DNA from: Thalia democratica
Taxonomy: Eukaryota
Reading direction: 5' to 3'
NCBI GenBank assembly: GCA_965202585.1
Contig: OZ241830.1
Location: forward strand, 43,152,001-43,216,000
Length of the DNA stretch: 64,000 nt
Below, one piece after another: positions 48,482 to 59,161 of this stretch. A model generated the notes under the pieces. It was given only the letters and a program-made list of their open reading frames with translations, had not been told where the DNA came from and made no database searches. Within the stretch, counting starts at the first letter, position 1, and each line of letters starts with the position of its first letter. Made by a program: the position numbers and the translations under genes.

Positions 48482-48943
48482 TGAAACTGTTGAAATTAAA
48501 GCTAACAGTTAAAACTTTAATAACTAAAAGGTCTAAAATTTTACAAGTTTAGTCAAGTTTTTACAAAAACAGTAATTTCTTTATAACTTTATTTAAGCCA
48601 TATTGTTGTGCAGGTTTTTCCAAAGCTAGCAATCTTACCCCTTTAGAAACGATTTCAACTATAAGGGGCCGTTATTTTTGCGGCGAAAAAATAAATGTTA
48701 ACTAGTTAGTAAAAAGGCGATTTCTAAAATTAAGGGCGACAATATTTTTAACTTTTGCCCAAGGGGCTTTTATGAAATTTAGTTTGGTAAACCTTATTAT
48801 ATTGTATGCATTAAGTTGAACTACCATATTTGCTAAAAGGTTTTGTTTTGTCGTTTATAGATTACTGCCATATCAAAAATAATAAAACAAAGGCGGATCT
48901 TAATATGGTTGGGTTTTCGTCTGCAAGAATTACTATGAAAAAA
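44857..48943 (+). CDS. Integrin alpha chain, N-terminal five exons (signal peptide and first beta-propeller blades), no I-domain
   Basis: Signal peptide MTLLIILTLVLLLPTKHGG, then FFGYQV, IFIGAP, GGEVFR, FGLDI, ACS...ECGSQYSQPGFCY and NMVGFS; phases 2,2,0,1 chain correctly. Confidence 0.88.
45220..45282 (+). CDS. Integrin alpha exon 2 (HIFIGAPYRRTSVDYSDPKC), FG-GAP
   Basis: ttttttcAG / GTAAGT. Confidence 0.9.
46826..46931. repeat. Degenerate second copy of the fold-back family, in an integrin intron
   Basis: gtgttaatccgttaacacagagaaacatatgtcggta...actgtataatttg aligns by eye with 49557-49630. Confidence 0.75.
47526..47685 (+). CDS. Integrin alpha exon 3 (GGHGGEVFRT...DTFGLDIVRHNKVSVV)
   Basis: aacAG / GTTAGT; phase 2 to 0. 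Confidence 0.85.
48051..48168 (+). CDS. Integrin alpha exon 4 (ACSVTRKIECGSQYSQPGFCY...FYPGSSH)
   Basis: catAG / GTATGT; phase 0 to 1. Confidence 0.9.
48447..48479. repeat. (TTA)11 microsatellite
   Basis: Direct reading of the sequence. Confidence 0.95.
48861..48943 (+). CDS. Integrin alpha exon 5 (DYCHIKNNKTKADLNMVGFSSARITMKK)
   Basis: ttatAG / GTTTGT; phase 1 to 0; read-through would end MKKVC*. Confidence 0.75.
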
Positions 48944-49506
48944 GTTTGTTAAATATTACTTTGTGTAAATCATTGCATGAAACAAATTAGTTAAACTTAG
49001 TATGATAAATAACTAATACGATTAATATAGAAAGTTTAGTTAAAGTATTTTTAATAAAAGTTTAGATAAGTTAAATTCAAGAATTAAACAACTTGTTATG
49101 AGTTCAAATCTTAAATTATTAAAACTTTAGTTTTTTTAACTTTTTTAAAGGTTTTTTTTTTTAAACATGTTTTAAAGTTATTAAAACTTGATAAACAGGA
49201 TGTGTTATTTAATTTTCTAATGTAGCTTTTTGTACCTATTAGAAGATTGTTTTTTAAATAAATGACAATTTTGATGATAAAACCTAATAAATAATTGATG
49301 TTTTGTGAATGTTTGTTTTGACTAAAGAAAAACTATGGACTTTATCCGAAGGTAAGTGTTGTTGCAAGATAATAGTCGTGTTTTTTTCAAATCTTAGTGT
49401 CTTAAGCATTTAAAAATTTAACTAGTAGTAATATAACTGTTCAAAATATAGGTTTAATCGTTTGCTAACAAAAGATCCTAATGAAGTAACTTCACTAGAA
49501 TATAAA

Positions 49507-49628
49507 TAAAAACAAATTGTACAGTAATCTTCCTTTGTTGTACCAACATATGTTTCTGTGTTGATTCGTTAACACACAGAAACATATGTTGGTACAATAA
49601 AGGAAGATTACTGTACAATTTGCTTTTA
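49507..49628. repeat. 122-nt fold-back (about 55-bp stem), probable palindromic MITE
   Basis: Arms are reverse complements except one A-C and one G-T pair; short inner loop containing TTCG. Confidence 0.9.
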
Positions 49629-51870
49629 TATAGTAGTAATATATAAATTCATCTAGAACAATTTGTAGTTACATTTTTTGAATTAGTTAAAACCTAAAAT
49701 ACTGTTTTGATCAGTCCTTACGTATAATAGCTATATAACTTAAAAGTTGTTTACTAGAAGTTAAAAGACTTAAATTTTTTAATCTTTTTCATTCTTTTGT
49801 AAGATACAAGCATTATTTAGTGGTCAAAACATATTTTTTTTAGTTGAATATGAAAACTAAAAGTTAGCTTAACGATAACCGTTACAAATTATAAATAAAA
49901 TGTTAGCTAAAACAAACTGACGTTATAAAATTTGTCTTGTTTAGAGGAACAATTAACTTGTTAAAAACAAGAGTCTAGCAAAATATCATTATTGAAAAAA
50001 TATTTTAAGTAATTATACATCTTTTTTTTTTTATTTTATACTGTAAATGTAACTGAAATAAGTTAACAATAGTTTTTCTAATATGGTATAACTACGAAAA
50101 ATTATAAAAAGAAGAAAGAGTAGTCTGAGTTTAATCTCTACATTTAAAGATAAATATATTTTATTGAATGTTGAACGAACAACAGCTAGTTAGTATTTTG
50201 TGTTGATAATTGTTAAATTCTACGTCTTTGTTGTCTTTGAACTTATAAATTATTTTACAAAGTTTACGAAATCGACTTCAAGACACTTTACAAGTGCATT
50301 AGTCAAAGGTTAGTCTAAAACTCTAAATACTCTATAAAGGTGTGAAAAAATAGCCTAATCTAAACATTTTAAGCAGTATTTTATTAAGACTATTGTTCAA
50401 ATCATTTAGAATCATAGATGTATATACAGAAAGTGTAATAAACTAACCACAAGGACTGTGAATCCCTTATCATTTTCCCTTTAGTAGTAAAACAGGTTTA
50501 ATGTAGTCTGAAATACATACTATGATAATAATTATATTGTTTTATTATAATAATGATATTTACGGTGTGCACGAAATTCATTTTAGGGTTCACGAACTTT
50601 AGCTTAAACTTTTGTTATTTTTTATTGGATAGATAATTTTTGAATTTTCGCATCGTAACAAACAAAACTAAAAGTAAAATCGTTAAAATTATTAATTAGT
50701 TAAAAGTTTGCTAATGTGCCACCCATCAATGATAAGTATTAAAATTAATGATACCCTACATATAAACTATTTTTCGATAAACTTGAAAACCATCAGAAAC
50801 ATGTCGATATTTTAGTTTAAAAAAATTGATAAAATTTAGATTTCTGTCTGAAAATAATTGAAGTTCAAAAGTTTTGATCGTTTTTACAATTAGTATAACT
50901 TTAGTTATATGGAGCTAAAATTTAAAATGGTTCTTTAGCTTATATAAAAAAAAGCACGCAAAAAACTAACGTTTAGCAAAAATATAAATGTAGCCATCAA
51001 TTTACTCGTTTAAAAAAGTCCTTAACAAAAAAATAGTTAGTATAAATAAAAAATATAACTTTGTTTTGGCTCCTCAAAATTTTTATTTTATCATTCCTTT
51101 GTAAAAAAAACTTGATGTCTTTGTTCATTTGTAATATTTTTAATATACATATTTTATTTGCTCTTTGAATTATTCTTTTAGTGCTGCAATTAGAAAATAA
51201 CTTTGTGAACTCATTTTTTTAATAGTAGTAATGATTTCAGTAAGTAAAAAACTAATTTGTAAAGTTAAGGTGCTATTAAAAATTGTACATAAAAAAAAAG
51301 TTATCGGCCCTACCTCTTTAATCTAAAAGTATTTCTACAAAATATTTTGTATAAGTAATACAAAAACTAACCTTGTTTTTTTTTTCGTCATTAGTATACA
51401 TTGTTTTTATTTTGCGTAAACAGGCTTTAAATTAAACTCGTTTTTCGAATTTTTTCACAGTAATTAAAGTTTTTATTTTTTTATTTACTAAGGTCCATTC
51501 AATTTTAACTTTTGAAGTGTTCAAGCATTAAAAAGCTTAATTTTTTCTCCAAATGTATATTCCAAATAGTTCAAATATTTTGTCAGAATCACAATTTATA
51601 ATTACTATCAAATAAACACCGAATTTTTGTTTTTTCGTAATTTACATTCTTTTAACAATCCATTTCAAAGCTTTTTTAAATATTTTGATTAAAAGTTCTG
51701 ATTTTCTTTATTTCCATTAGCTTTCTCACATTTTTATTTAAACACTTTACTTTTGGAGTAGTTCTAGAATTAGAAAAGTGCTCAACAGAGTCTCATTTTA
51801 ATTTTATTAAGTTTTATGTTCATTTATTTCATTTTTGCAAATTTTTCTGTAAACTTCTTTTTAATTATTT

Positions 51871-52557
51871 ACTTACTTTATTTCAACGTTTTAGTAAAGA
51901 TTAAATGACAATTTAAATTCTACTAAAATGTTTAAAGAGTACTCAAAAAGAAATTTACATTTAAAGAAACGTGTATCTAGGTCTGATTAATACCTAAAAA
52001 CAAGTTTTTGTTTTTTCAAAAAAAAACTATTTAACAATAAATAATTTAAATAATTACTAAAATTTACTATACTTTAGTTTTTTAGCCATATTTCTAGAAA
52101 TACTTAATACTGTCCAAGAAAAAAGAATGTGTGTAGGTATTAATTGGACCTACAAGCGCATTTTTTTATTCTATATATGTATATATTAATTTTTGAGTTG
52201 TGGCCAATTAAAAGAAAAAGTAAGAATTTGAATCGTCGGATTTAAAGTTCTCAAATTTGAATAGTTATTGTTAGTGATTGTTACGAAGTATATGCTTATA
52301 ATGTTCTCTAAACACAAAACATCTGTTTTTAATGTTATATATAGCTTTGTTCATTAAATTCTTTCAATATATTTTAAAGCAGACTCAGTTTCAGTCAAAG
52401 ACCTCTTCAGTGCTTTTTTAGAATTAATTACTTACTTTATTTCAACGTTTAGTAAAGATTAAATGACAATTTAAATTCTACTTAAATGTTTGAAGAGTAC
52501 TCAAAAAGAAATTTACATTTAAAAAAAACGTGTATCTAGGTCTGATTAATACCTAAA
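51871..52557 (+). repeat. About 128-bp direct duplication (51871-51998 and 52430-52557)
   Basis: acttactttatttcaacgtt...gtgtatctaggtctgattaatacctaaa present twice with few differences. Confidence 0.92.
52376..52416 (-). ncRNA. Minimal type I hammerhead ribozyme, inverted sister copy
   Basis: Minus strand AAAGCA-CTGAAGA-GGTC/TTT/GACT-GAAA-C-TGA-GTC-TGCTTT; one G-U pair at the base of stem II. Confidence 0.75.
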
Positions 52558-52574
52558 TTTCGCTTTTTTAAGAT

Positions 52575-52613
52575 AAGCACTGAAGAGGTCTTTGACCGAA
52601 ACTGAGTCTGCTT
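52575..52613 (+). ncRNA. Minimal type I hammerhead ribozyme (Penelope/retrozyme-like), core intact
   Basis: AAGCA-CTGAAGA-GGTC/TTT/GACC-GAAA-C-TGA-GTC-TGCTT: 5-bp stem I, CUGANGA, 4-bp stem II, GAAA, minimal stem III and GUC cleavage triplet. Confidence 0.8.
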
Positions 52614-54084
52614 TGAAATATCTTGAAAGAATTTGATAAATATAATTTCTCCTCTAAAAGTTGAGATCTTTTTATTAGTTTTCGACAAATAAAAACATAT
52701 TACATTATAGCTTTGTGAGAGAATGAATAAACTATTTTTACCAAATTGCATACTGCAAAAATGATTATTCAAAAAAATATTGTATTAAGATTAATAAGAA
52801 AATGTTAGACTTAGATAGTAATTCTAACTTACAACATGAATAAGATCTTACAATTAAATGTCTTGGATATTTTTATACCTATGCTAACTTAAATAACTAG
52901 TATGTTGTTAAACTAGCTTATATTAAAGAAAATTTAAAAAATGTAATACAAAGTAACAAAAAATGGTTTGTTTGAGATTTAAATAAAGAAGAAAATGAAA
53001 ACAACTAACTATTTTTGTGTTTTTAAGAAGTGAAGTTTCATCTTATATTCATATGCATAAGTTAAGTTTCTTTAATTTGTGTTTTTGACTAAAAACTTAT
53101 GTTAAACAATTTAAGTTTTGTCTTCTTAAATTTCAATTTGGGATACTGCACCAAACTAGAAAATATTTTTGTCTGTGTTAAATACTTTTCTTTTGATAAG
53201 CATGAGGTAAGAAGGTAAAAAACTGAAGCTTTATAAAATAGAAATACTTTAAATTTCTTATTGTTGATAAAAAATAACTTATCTGCTCTACCTCTTTAAG
53301 CTAAAAGTATTTTAACAAAAAACTACATAGCGAGAAAATGCAATAACTAACTATAGTTGTATTTTTCTTTAAACTTCTTGGTTTTTTTTTTTTTTTGATT
53401 TGCTGAAACAAGTTTCAAAATGAATTCTCTATTTTAACATTTTTAGAGAGTAAAACGTTTTCATGTTCTTTTTGTATACCTTTCATTTCTAAAACTTCCA
53501 ACCTTCTCAAACCCGATAAAAGCTTCGTGAGTTTAAATTTTGCACAAAATAGTTTTCCTGGAACTAGATCCAATACTTCGTTTGAACAAAAATTTCTTTT
53601 TAGTATTACGTACATACAAAATCTTATTAAGTTTGTAATTCAGATTATTCTCCAATCCTTGTTCGTATTTCTCTCTTTATACTTGGCAAGAACAACAAAT
53701 GTCTGCTTTTTTTCTTTACTTAGTCTTTTTTTGGTTTATATGATTTATTTTTGGCAATAAATCTAGAAATAACAGAATACTCAACAAAGTCACTTCAAAA
53801 TTTAAGTAATATTTTTCTTGGTTTGTTTTCTTTTTAAGATATCTTCGTAAACTTTTTTTTTTACTTTTTACTCATACTACTTTGTTTTAATACTTTAGAA
53901 TGTAAGAGCTTATAATATGCTCTAAACACGTTATCTGTATTAGAATTTTAACAACAATTAATTATTTATTTTAAACTAAGAATTTACTGTATTGATCTAT
54001 ATTAAAAAGTGCTGATCATTTAAAAACTAATAGAATTGATTTTTTTACAAATACTTTCTTATTAGATTTTCAATATTTCGTCAA

Positions 54085-55535
54085 AACTTTCCATGAAATA
54101 ATCTTAGACGCTAGTTTTTTTATTCTTTAATACATTTTTTTATATAAATATGACTAGAACACATTGTTTTTAACTTTAAAATTGTAATTAATATAAAATA
54201 AAAAAGTCTACGTTTTAAAAAACTTTTAAATAATTTTCATTCTGTTATTTATTTTACTTTCCAACTTTAATTTAAACTATCAATATTTAGGCTATATAAA
54301 ATTAAACGTGAGTTGTTCGAGTTGGTAAAATAGACAAAGCTGGACTAAAACTTGCTTTGAATTAGCTAAAAGTCTATTTGAATAATTAAAAAAAGCTATC
54401 GAACTAAAAAACATATGAATAGAAGGATTTCAACTAGTATATATAAAGCAAAATACTTACTTTGTTTAGTTTTTTCCATACCTTGAATTTGGTAAGTCGA
54501 CTCTTGATCTATCCACTAAGTTTAAGTATTATTGGTCCAGATACCAATTAAAATTTTAAATTTTAAGCAAAACAAGCTATTATAACAAAAAGTAACTGAC
54601 TCTTAAGTCCTTTGAGTTTACGTCATAAGTAGTTTATTTTACAAAACCTTTTTAATAAATTTAACTACTTCATGTGACTTTTGTGAGATTTTTCTTAAAT
54701 TTACACAAGTTTTACTACAGTACTAATTTTTGATAAACTTTTGAAAATATAATACTTCTTATAAAAATGCATCAACTAATTCTGTGGTTGGTAGAAATTT
54801 GGTAGTCTCGGGTCAATTTTCTAAAATATATGTCTTCGCAGGCGGCAGTATCAGTTACAAGTTGTAAGTTACAACGTGACCTTTTTTTTAACCCTTCAAA
54901 CAATTTACTTCAAAAATAAAACACAACAAGTTTTTTTTATGTTGATATACAACTTATTTCAACATAAAACAATGTGACATAATAAATATCTAAACTTCAA
55001 CTTGAGGTGCACTTAATTATTTTTTAGCACTTAAGTTTGAACAGATTCTGATTACCTTGAAACCCACTGTAATGTTAATCTTATTAATTAGTAAATTAAG
55101 TAGTAACTGTAATAAGTTAAAAAAAAAATTAAGTTTTTATGTGTAAAAAATGTATAACATATCCCTAACTTATTAATTAAGTCGTGATACCTAATCTTTT
55201 TAATGCGTTTAATGGATGTTTTTTTAAAGTTATCCAACATAAGTTTACTAAAAACTTTTTAAAAAATTTTAGTTTATAGTTATAAAAGAAACAAATGTTT
55301 ACTTTTTAGATTTTTGAAACTTCGTTAACACTTTCTATGTTATAATGTTAGTCACTAGTTTTTTTTTCTTTAATAGTTTTTTTTTTTGTACAATCGTGAC
55401 TAGAACACATTGTTTTCAACTTTTTGAAACCTAAAATTGTAATTAATTAAAATAAAACTGCCTACATTTTAGAATTTTTTTTTAATTCTTTCATTCTGTT
55501 TTCTATTTTACTTTCAAACTTAAATTATCAATATT
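54085..55535 (+). repeat. Dispersed direct repeat of about 200 bp (about 54085-54287 and 55330-55535)
   Basis: Shared blocks tgactagaacacattgttt, aaaattgtaattaat, ttcattctgtt and tatcaatatt in the same order. Confidence 0.8.
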
Positions 55536-56984
55536 GAGGGTGAGTTAATTTTGATTAACTATGACACGGTAATTTTTTGTTTAGGTTGTATTAAATTGTT
55601 AACGTAACGTATCTTGGTACTGCTAAGACTGTGAAGAAGATTAAGACTTAGACGACCCAGAAAGCCTAATACTCATAATAATGAAACTACATACTAATTT
55701 ATTTTCAAGACGATTCAATTGATGCTTTTAAATTAGTAACTTTAAAAAAAGTATTAGCGAACCACTGAACATAAAGTTGCAAGTATTTTTTTATCATAAA
55801 TTTATTATCTTCTGTTAATATATTTATAGTTTTTCTATTAACTATATGATTTTCGTTCGAAAAAACTACTACAAAAACATTTCTAGTTTTTCGTTTGAAA
55901 CTTTTTTACTGACTTATAACTTTAAAAGTATATTGCAGATACATCAGGTAGTAAGTAAACACTATATTGTTCGAAAGTTGATTTGTTTGGTTACAGTAAC
56001 ATTGGTTTAGTCTAGGTTTAAGCATTTTCTATCCAGCTATTTTTAAGATTATTCTTTAAGATTATTATTTTGAATTAAGTTCAGAATACTTACAAACTTT
56101 TTTTTTCTTTTGAGCATGCAAATGTAAAAAAAAATTATAGATGTTTTTACTTTAGCAGAAAATAAATTTAAATAGTAAGCTAAGATAACTGTTCCAAGCA
56201 AATTAAAAATATCTCCCTTTTTTTTTGAGGAAATCAAAGAAAAATTATTTGTTTTTATGTTTGCAAATGTTACTTTCTTTCTATTATTACAGCTTTAGAC
56301 TTAGACATGTATTCAAAAAAAAAAGAAAAAAAGCATATTTTAAAATAGAAGTAAATTTGTTGTTGTAAATATCATTATTGTTAAAATTATTATTGTTTTT
56401 TATCTTATTAAAAGCATAAATTTTACAGTACTTACCTTCATTTTTTCATTTTCAAAAATTAAGTTCAGTTATTGTAAAAATCACTTCTTTAAAATATTTT
56501 TAAAAAATTTACAATAGTATATTTAACTATTCAAATGTAAAATTGTTTTTACTGTTCAACTTGAATTATTAAATAAAATAAGAATTACCATTTTAGCACA
56601 AAATAATTATATAAAAAATTTATAAAAATATTTCAGCGTATTACATTTTACTTCTTTTAAGAAGTTGTAACCTATAATTCAAGTATTCACACGTTTGTTA
56701 TTAGTGTTGTTTATCTTCTTTTAAAAGTTAATTTAAAGTTATATATCTTTTTTTAGTTCTTATATTACTAAACAAGATTCATAGTACATTATTATACACA
56801 AAATTCAGTCAATTTTTGCTTAGTTTTGTTTTCTTAATTTTTTTTCGTTTAACTGATTGTTCTATTACTAAAGATTTAAATATTTAAATGATAAAAATAA
56901 CTATGAGTAATAGCTCGTAAGAAACTTTATAAGCATGTGGTGTACGACTCGATAACTGAAAGGTTCCTTTGTACATATAAATTA

Positions 56985-57021
56985 GAAATTTTAGTTTCGG
57001 TCAACGATCTCGTCAGTACTT
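56985..57021 (-). ncRNA. Decayed inverted hammerhead of the same family
   Basis: Minus strand AAGTA-CTGACGA-GATC/GTT/GACC-GAAAC-TAA; stem II mismatch and lost cleavage triplet. Confidence 0.5.
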
Positions 57022-57068
57022 ATATAAACTCTTATTAAAATATAATATCTCGTTTTAAGGTTTTATAA

Positions 57069-57107
57069 AAGTACTGACGAGGTCTTTGACCGATACTTAG
57101 TTTGTTA
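57069..57107 (+). ncRNA. Decayed hammerhead of the same family
   Basis: AAGTA-CTGACGA-GGTC/TTT/GACC-GATA-C-TTA-GTT; GAAA mutated to GATA. Confidence 0.55.
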
Positions 57108-58958
57108 ACTTAGGTCTTGAAAGAACAAACTACTTTATTTCTCATCTAGAAGCTGAGATCTTGGTACTTGTTTTCAAAAAGTCAAAATATTAAATAAAGA
57201 AAACTAAATATTTTGTTTATTGCATTTCTTGTTTTCTTTTTTGCGATCAATTGTTTATTTTCAATTTTGTTTTTGTTGCACTGTTTTACTTATAAAATAA
57301 TTTTATAGCTCAAACAAGATAATAATCATCAAAACTTATTGCTATAAATGAAAAACTAATTATCTACATCTCTTTTATAAATCATATGCTGAGGCTAAAA
57401 TTATATTCATATAGTAGTTTGTTTGTGCAAAAAAAAAATTAAAATTTTAGACCTTCCCTTGTTTTAGTAACCAACAATATGCTTATTTATTGTTTTACAA
57501 ACTACTTTCCTTTTTTAGATAGGTAACCGAATGATTTTTTTTAATCTACTAATTCCTATTCCACATCAACGTTTTCAAAAACTTTACTTCCTTGGTCAAC
57601 AAACTTAATAAAACAAAGCTTTTAAAATTAAAACCGGAAGATTTCAAATATATATACATACTAATCAATAAAATCTGGGTCAATTAAATACCCTAGGAAC
57701 TATATCAAAGTATCCAATATAAAATTGGCAAATTTATAAAACTTAAACTTATTTAGAAATGCCAACAATTAGAAGTTACCAAACTGTGCAGACAGACGTG
57801 CTTAATAAAAAAATACCAAAACTACAAATTAGTATGTAATAACAAAAACCCTTAAAATGGATATTTTCCTATGATGGCAGGAAGCTACAGAATTTTTTGA
57901 AACCATTAATGGCTTCACTTAAGTAAACAGTAAAGAAGATCGTCGAAAAAAGTTTTTCAAGAAGTCTAACTAGATCTAGTCTAAAAAAAGTCAAGTAATC
58001 TATTTAAAGTAATGTTAAAGTAATTTATTACGTAGCTCTTGCTAATTTTTAAGGCTAATTACTTTATTGTTCTAGTAATTCACGTTGCCAGGTTTAGTTC
58101 AATTTTAGTTTTATACTTGACTAATTTTAAAATTAGATTAAAAATTATGTATAGTTATGTCTTTTCTATACGGAAAAAAAAAAGAAAAATTCAAGCGTTA
58201 TTTCAATAACTAATACAAACGTAACTTTTTATAATATATAAATATATAAATATTTACATTCTTTATATAAAATACCAATAAAAACTTTATAAAAAGATTA
58301 TGGACTTAATGCATAAAGTAATACAAAACTAAAGTTAGTTTATATAAGAAGTAGATTATTTAAAAAATATATAGCTTTCAGTTTTATTACTTTGCAAAAT
58401 ATGATACCGGTTTTTGATGTTTAATTGTAACACTATCAGAAAAAATTTAATTTATTCATCGACCAAGCTAAAAGTTCAAAACAAAAAAGTACAAAAACGA
58501 ATAGTTCAAAAGAAAAGCTTCTAAAATTAACAACTCTTTAGAACACCGCAACAAAATAAATAGTGCAAATAAAAAACACAGTACGCTTCTATACGAATAA
58601 AAAAAATAAAGCCGTAATAAGTTAAGAGAACCTAATGATTTTATAAAACACTAAAAACTAGTTTTGTTAGTAAACAGTTGCTACTTGTTTGTAAAAAATA
58701 GCCATAAGCTCTAAATAATTCTTTGCATTAGCATTCAACGTTGTAAAAAACACGACCATTCAAGTTTTAAAAGCTAAAAATTAGTACATTTTATAAATAA
58801 ACAGATTTCATAAGTTTTTGGAATATTTATGGCACACAGCTTATGCAATTTGAAAAGCAATTGTAAAGTTTTGTTTTTAATTTACTAAAAAGTTTTAAGT
58901 TATACAAACAGAAAAAAAATTAATAAAAAAATTATACTGCAACAATTGAAATATAGTA

Positions 58959-58964
58959 TTTATT
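58959..58964 (-). terminator. Candidate AATAAA polyadenylation signal for WDR47
   Basis: About 70 nt after the stop, but the hexamer is common in this AT-rich DNA. Confidence 0.3.
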
Positions 58965-59030
58965 GATTATCATCTATCAAACTTGTAATCTTTGTAAGTA
59001 CATTATTATAAACTTGCAACAAAACATTGT

Positions 59031-59161
59031 TTACTTATGCTGAACAACACTCAGAACGCAGGTTTGGTCAGCGGAAGTTGTTGCCAGCATCAGACCTGAA
59101 GGATGCCATCTTCCCTGGATCAGTTTGTCGTGATGGTGGCGTAACGTGCAGTGTGTTGAAT
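59031..59161 (-). CDS. WDR47: WDR47 terminal exon (HHDKLIQGRWHP...TSADQTCVLSVVQHK*)
   Basis: tttcAG acceptor; TAA stop at 59033-59031. Confidence 0.93.

Noticed and set aside
48610-48795. CAGGTTTTTCCAAA ... TTTGGTAAACCT hAT-MITE-like segment in the integrin intron at the missing I-domain position
   Set aside because: TIRs imperfect, no TSD, and no VWA-like frame.
53415-53760. K/L-rich ORFs on both strands
   Set aside because: Low-complexity AT-biased frames with no motif I can recognise; possibly decayed TE but unsupported.
49328-55950. Possible chain of plus-strand micro-exons with GTAAGT donors (49328-49351 KNYGLYPK, 54470-54491, 54841-54862, 55939-55950) continuing the integrin
   Set aside because: About three GTAAGT per 10 kb are expected by chance at this composition, and the joined peptide lacks the expected GAPG motif.
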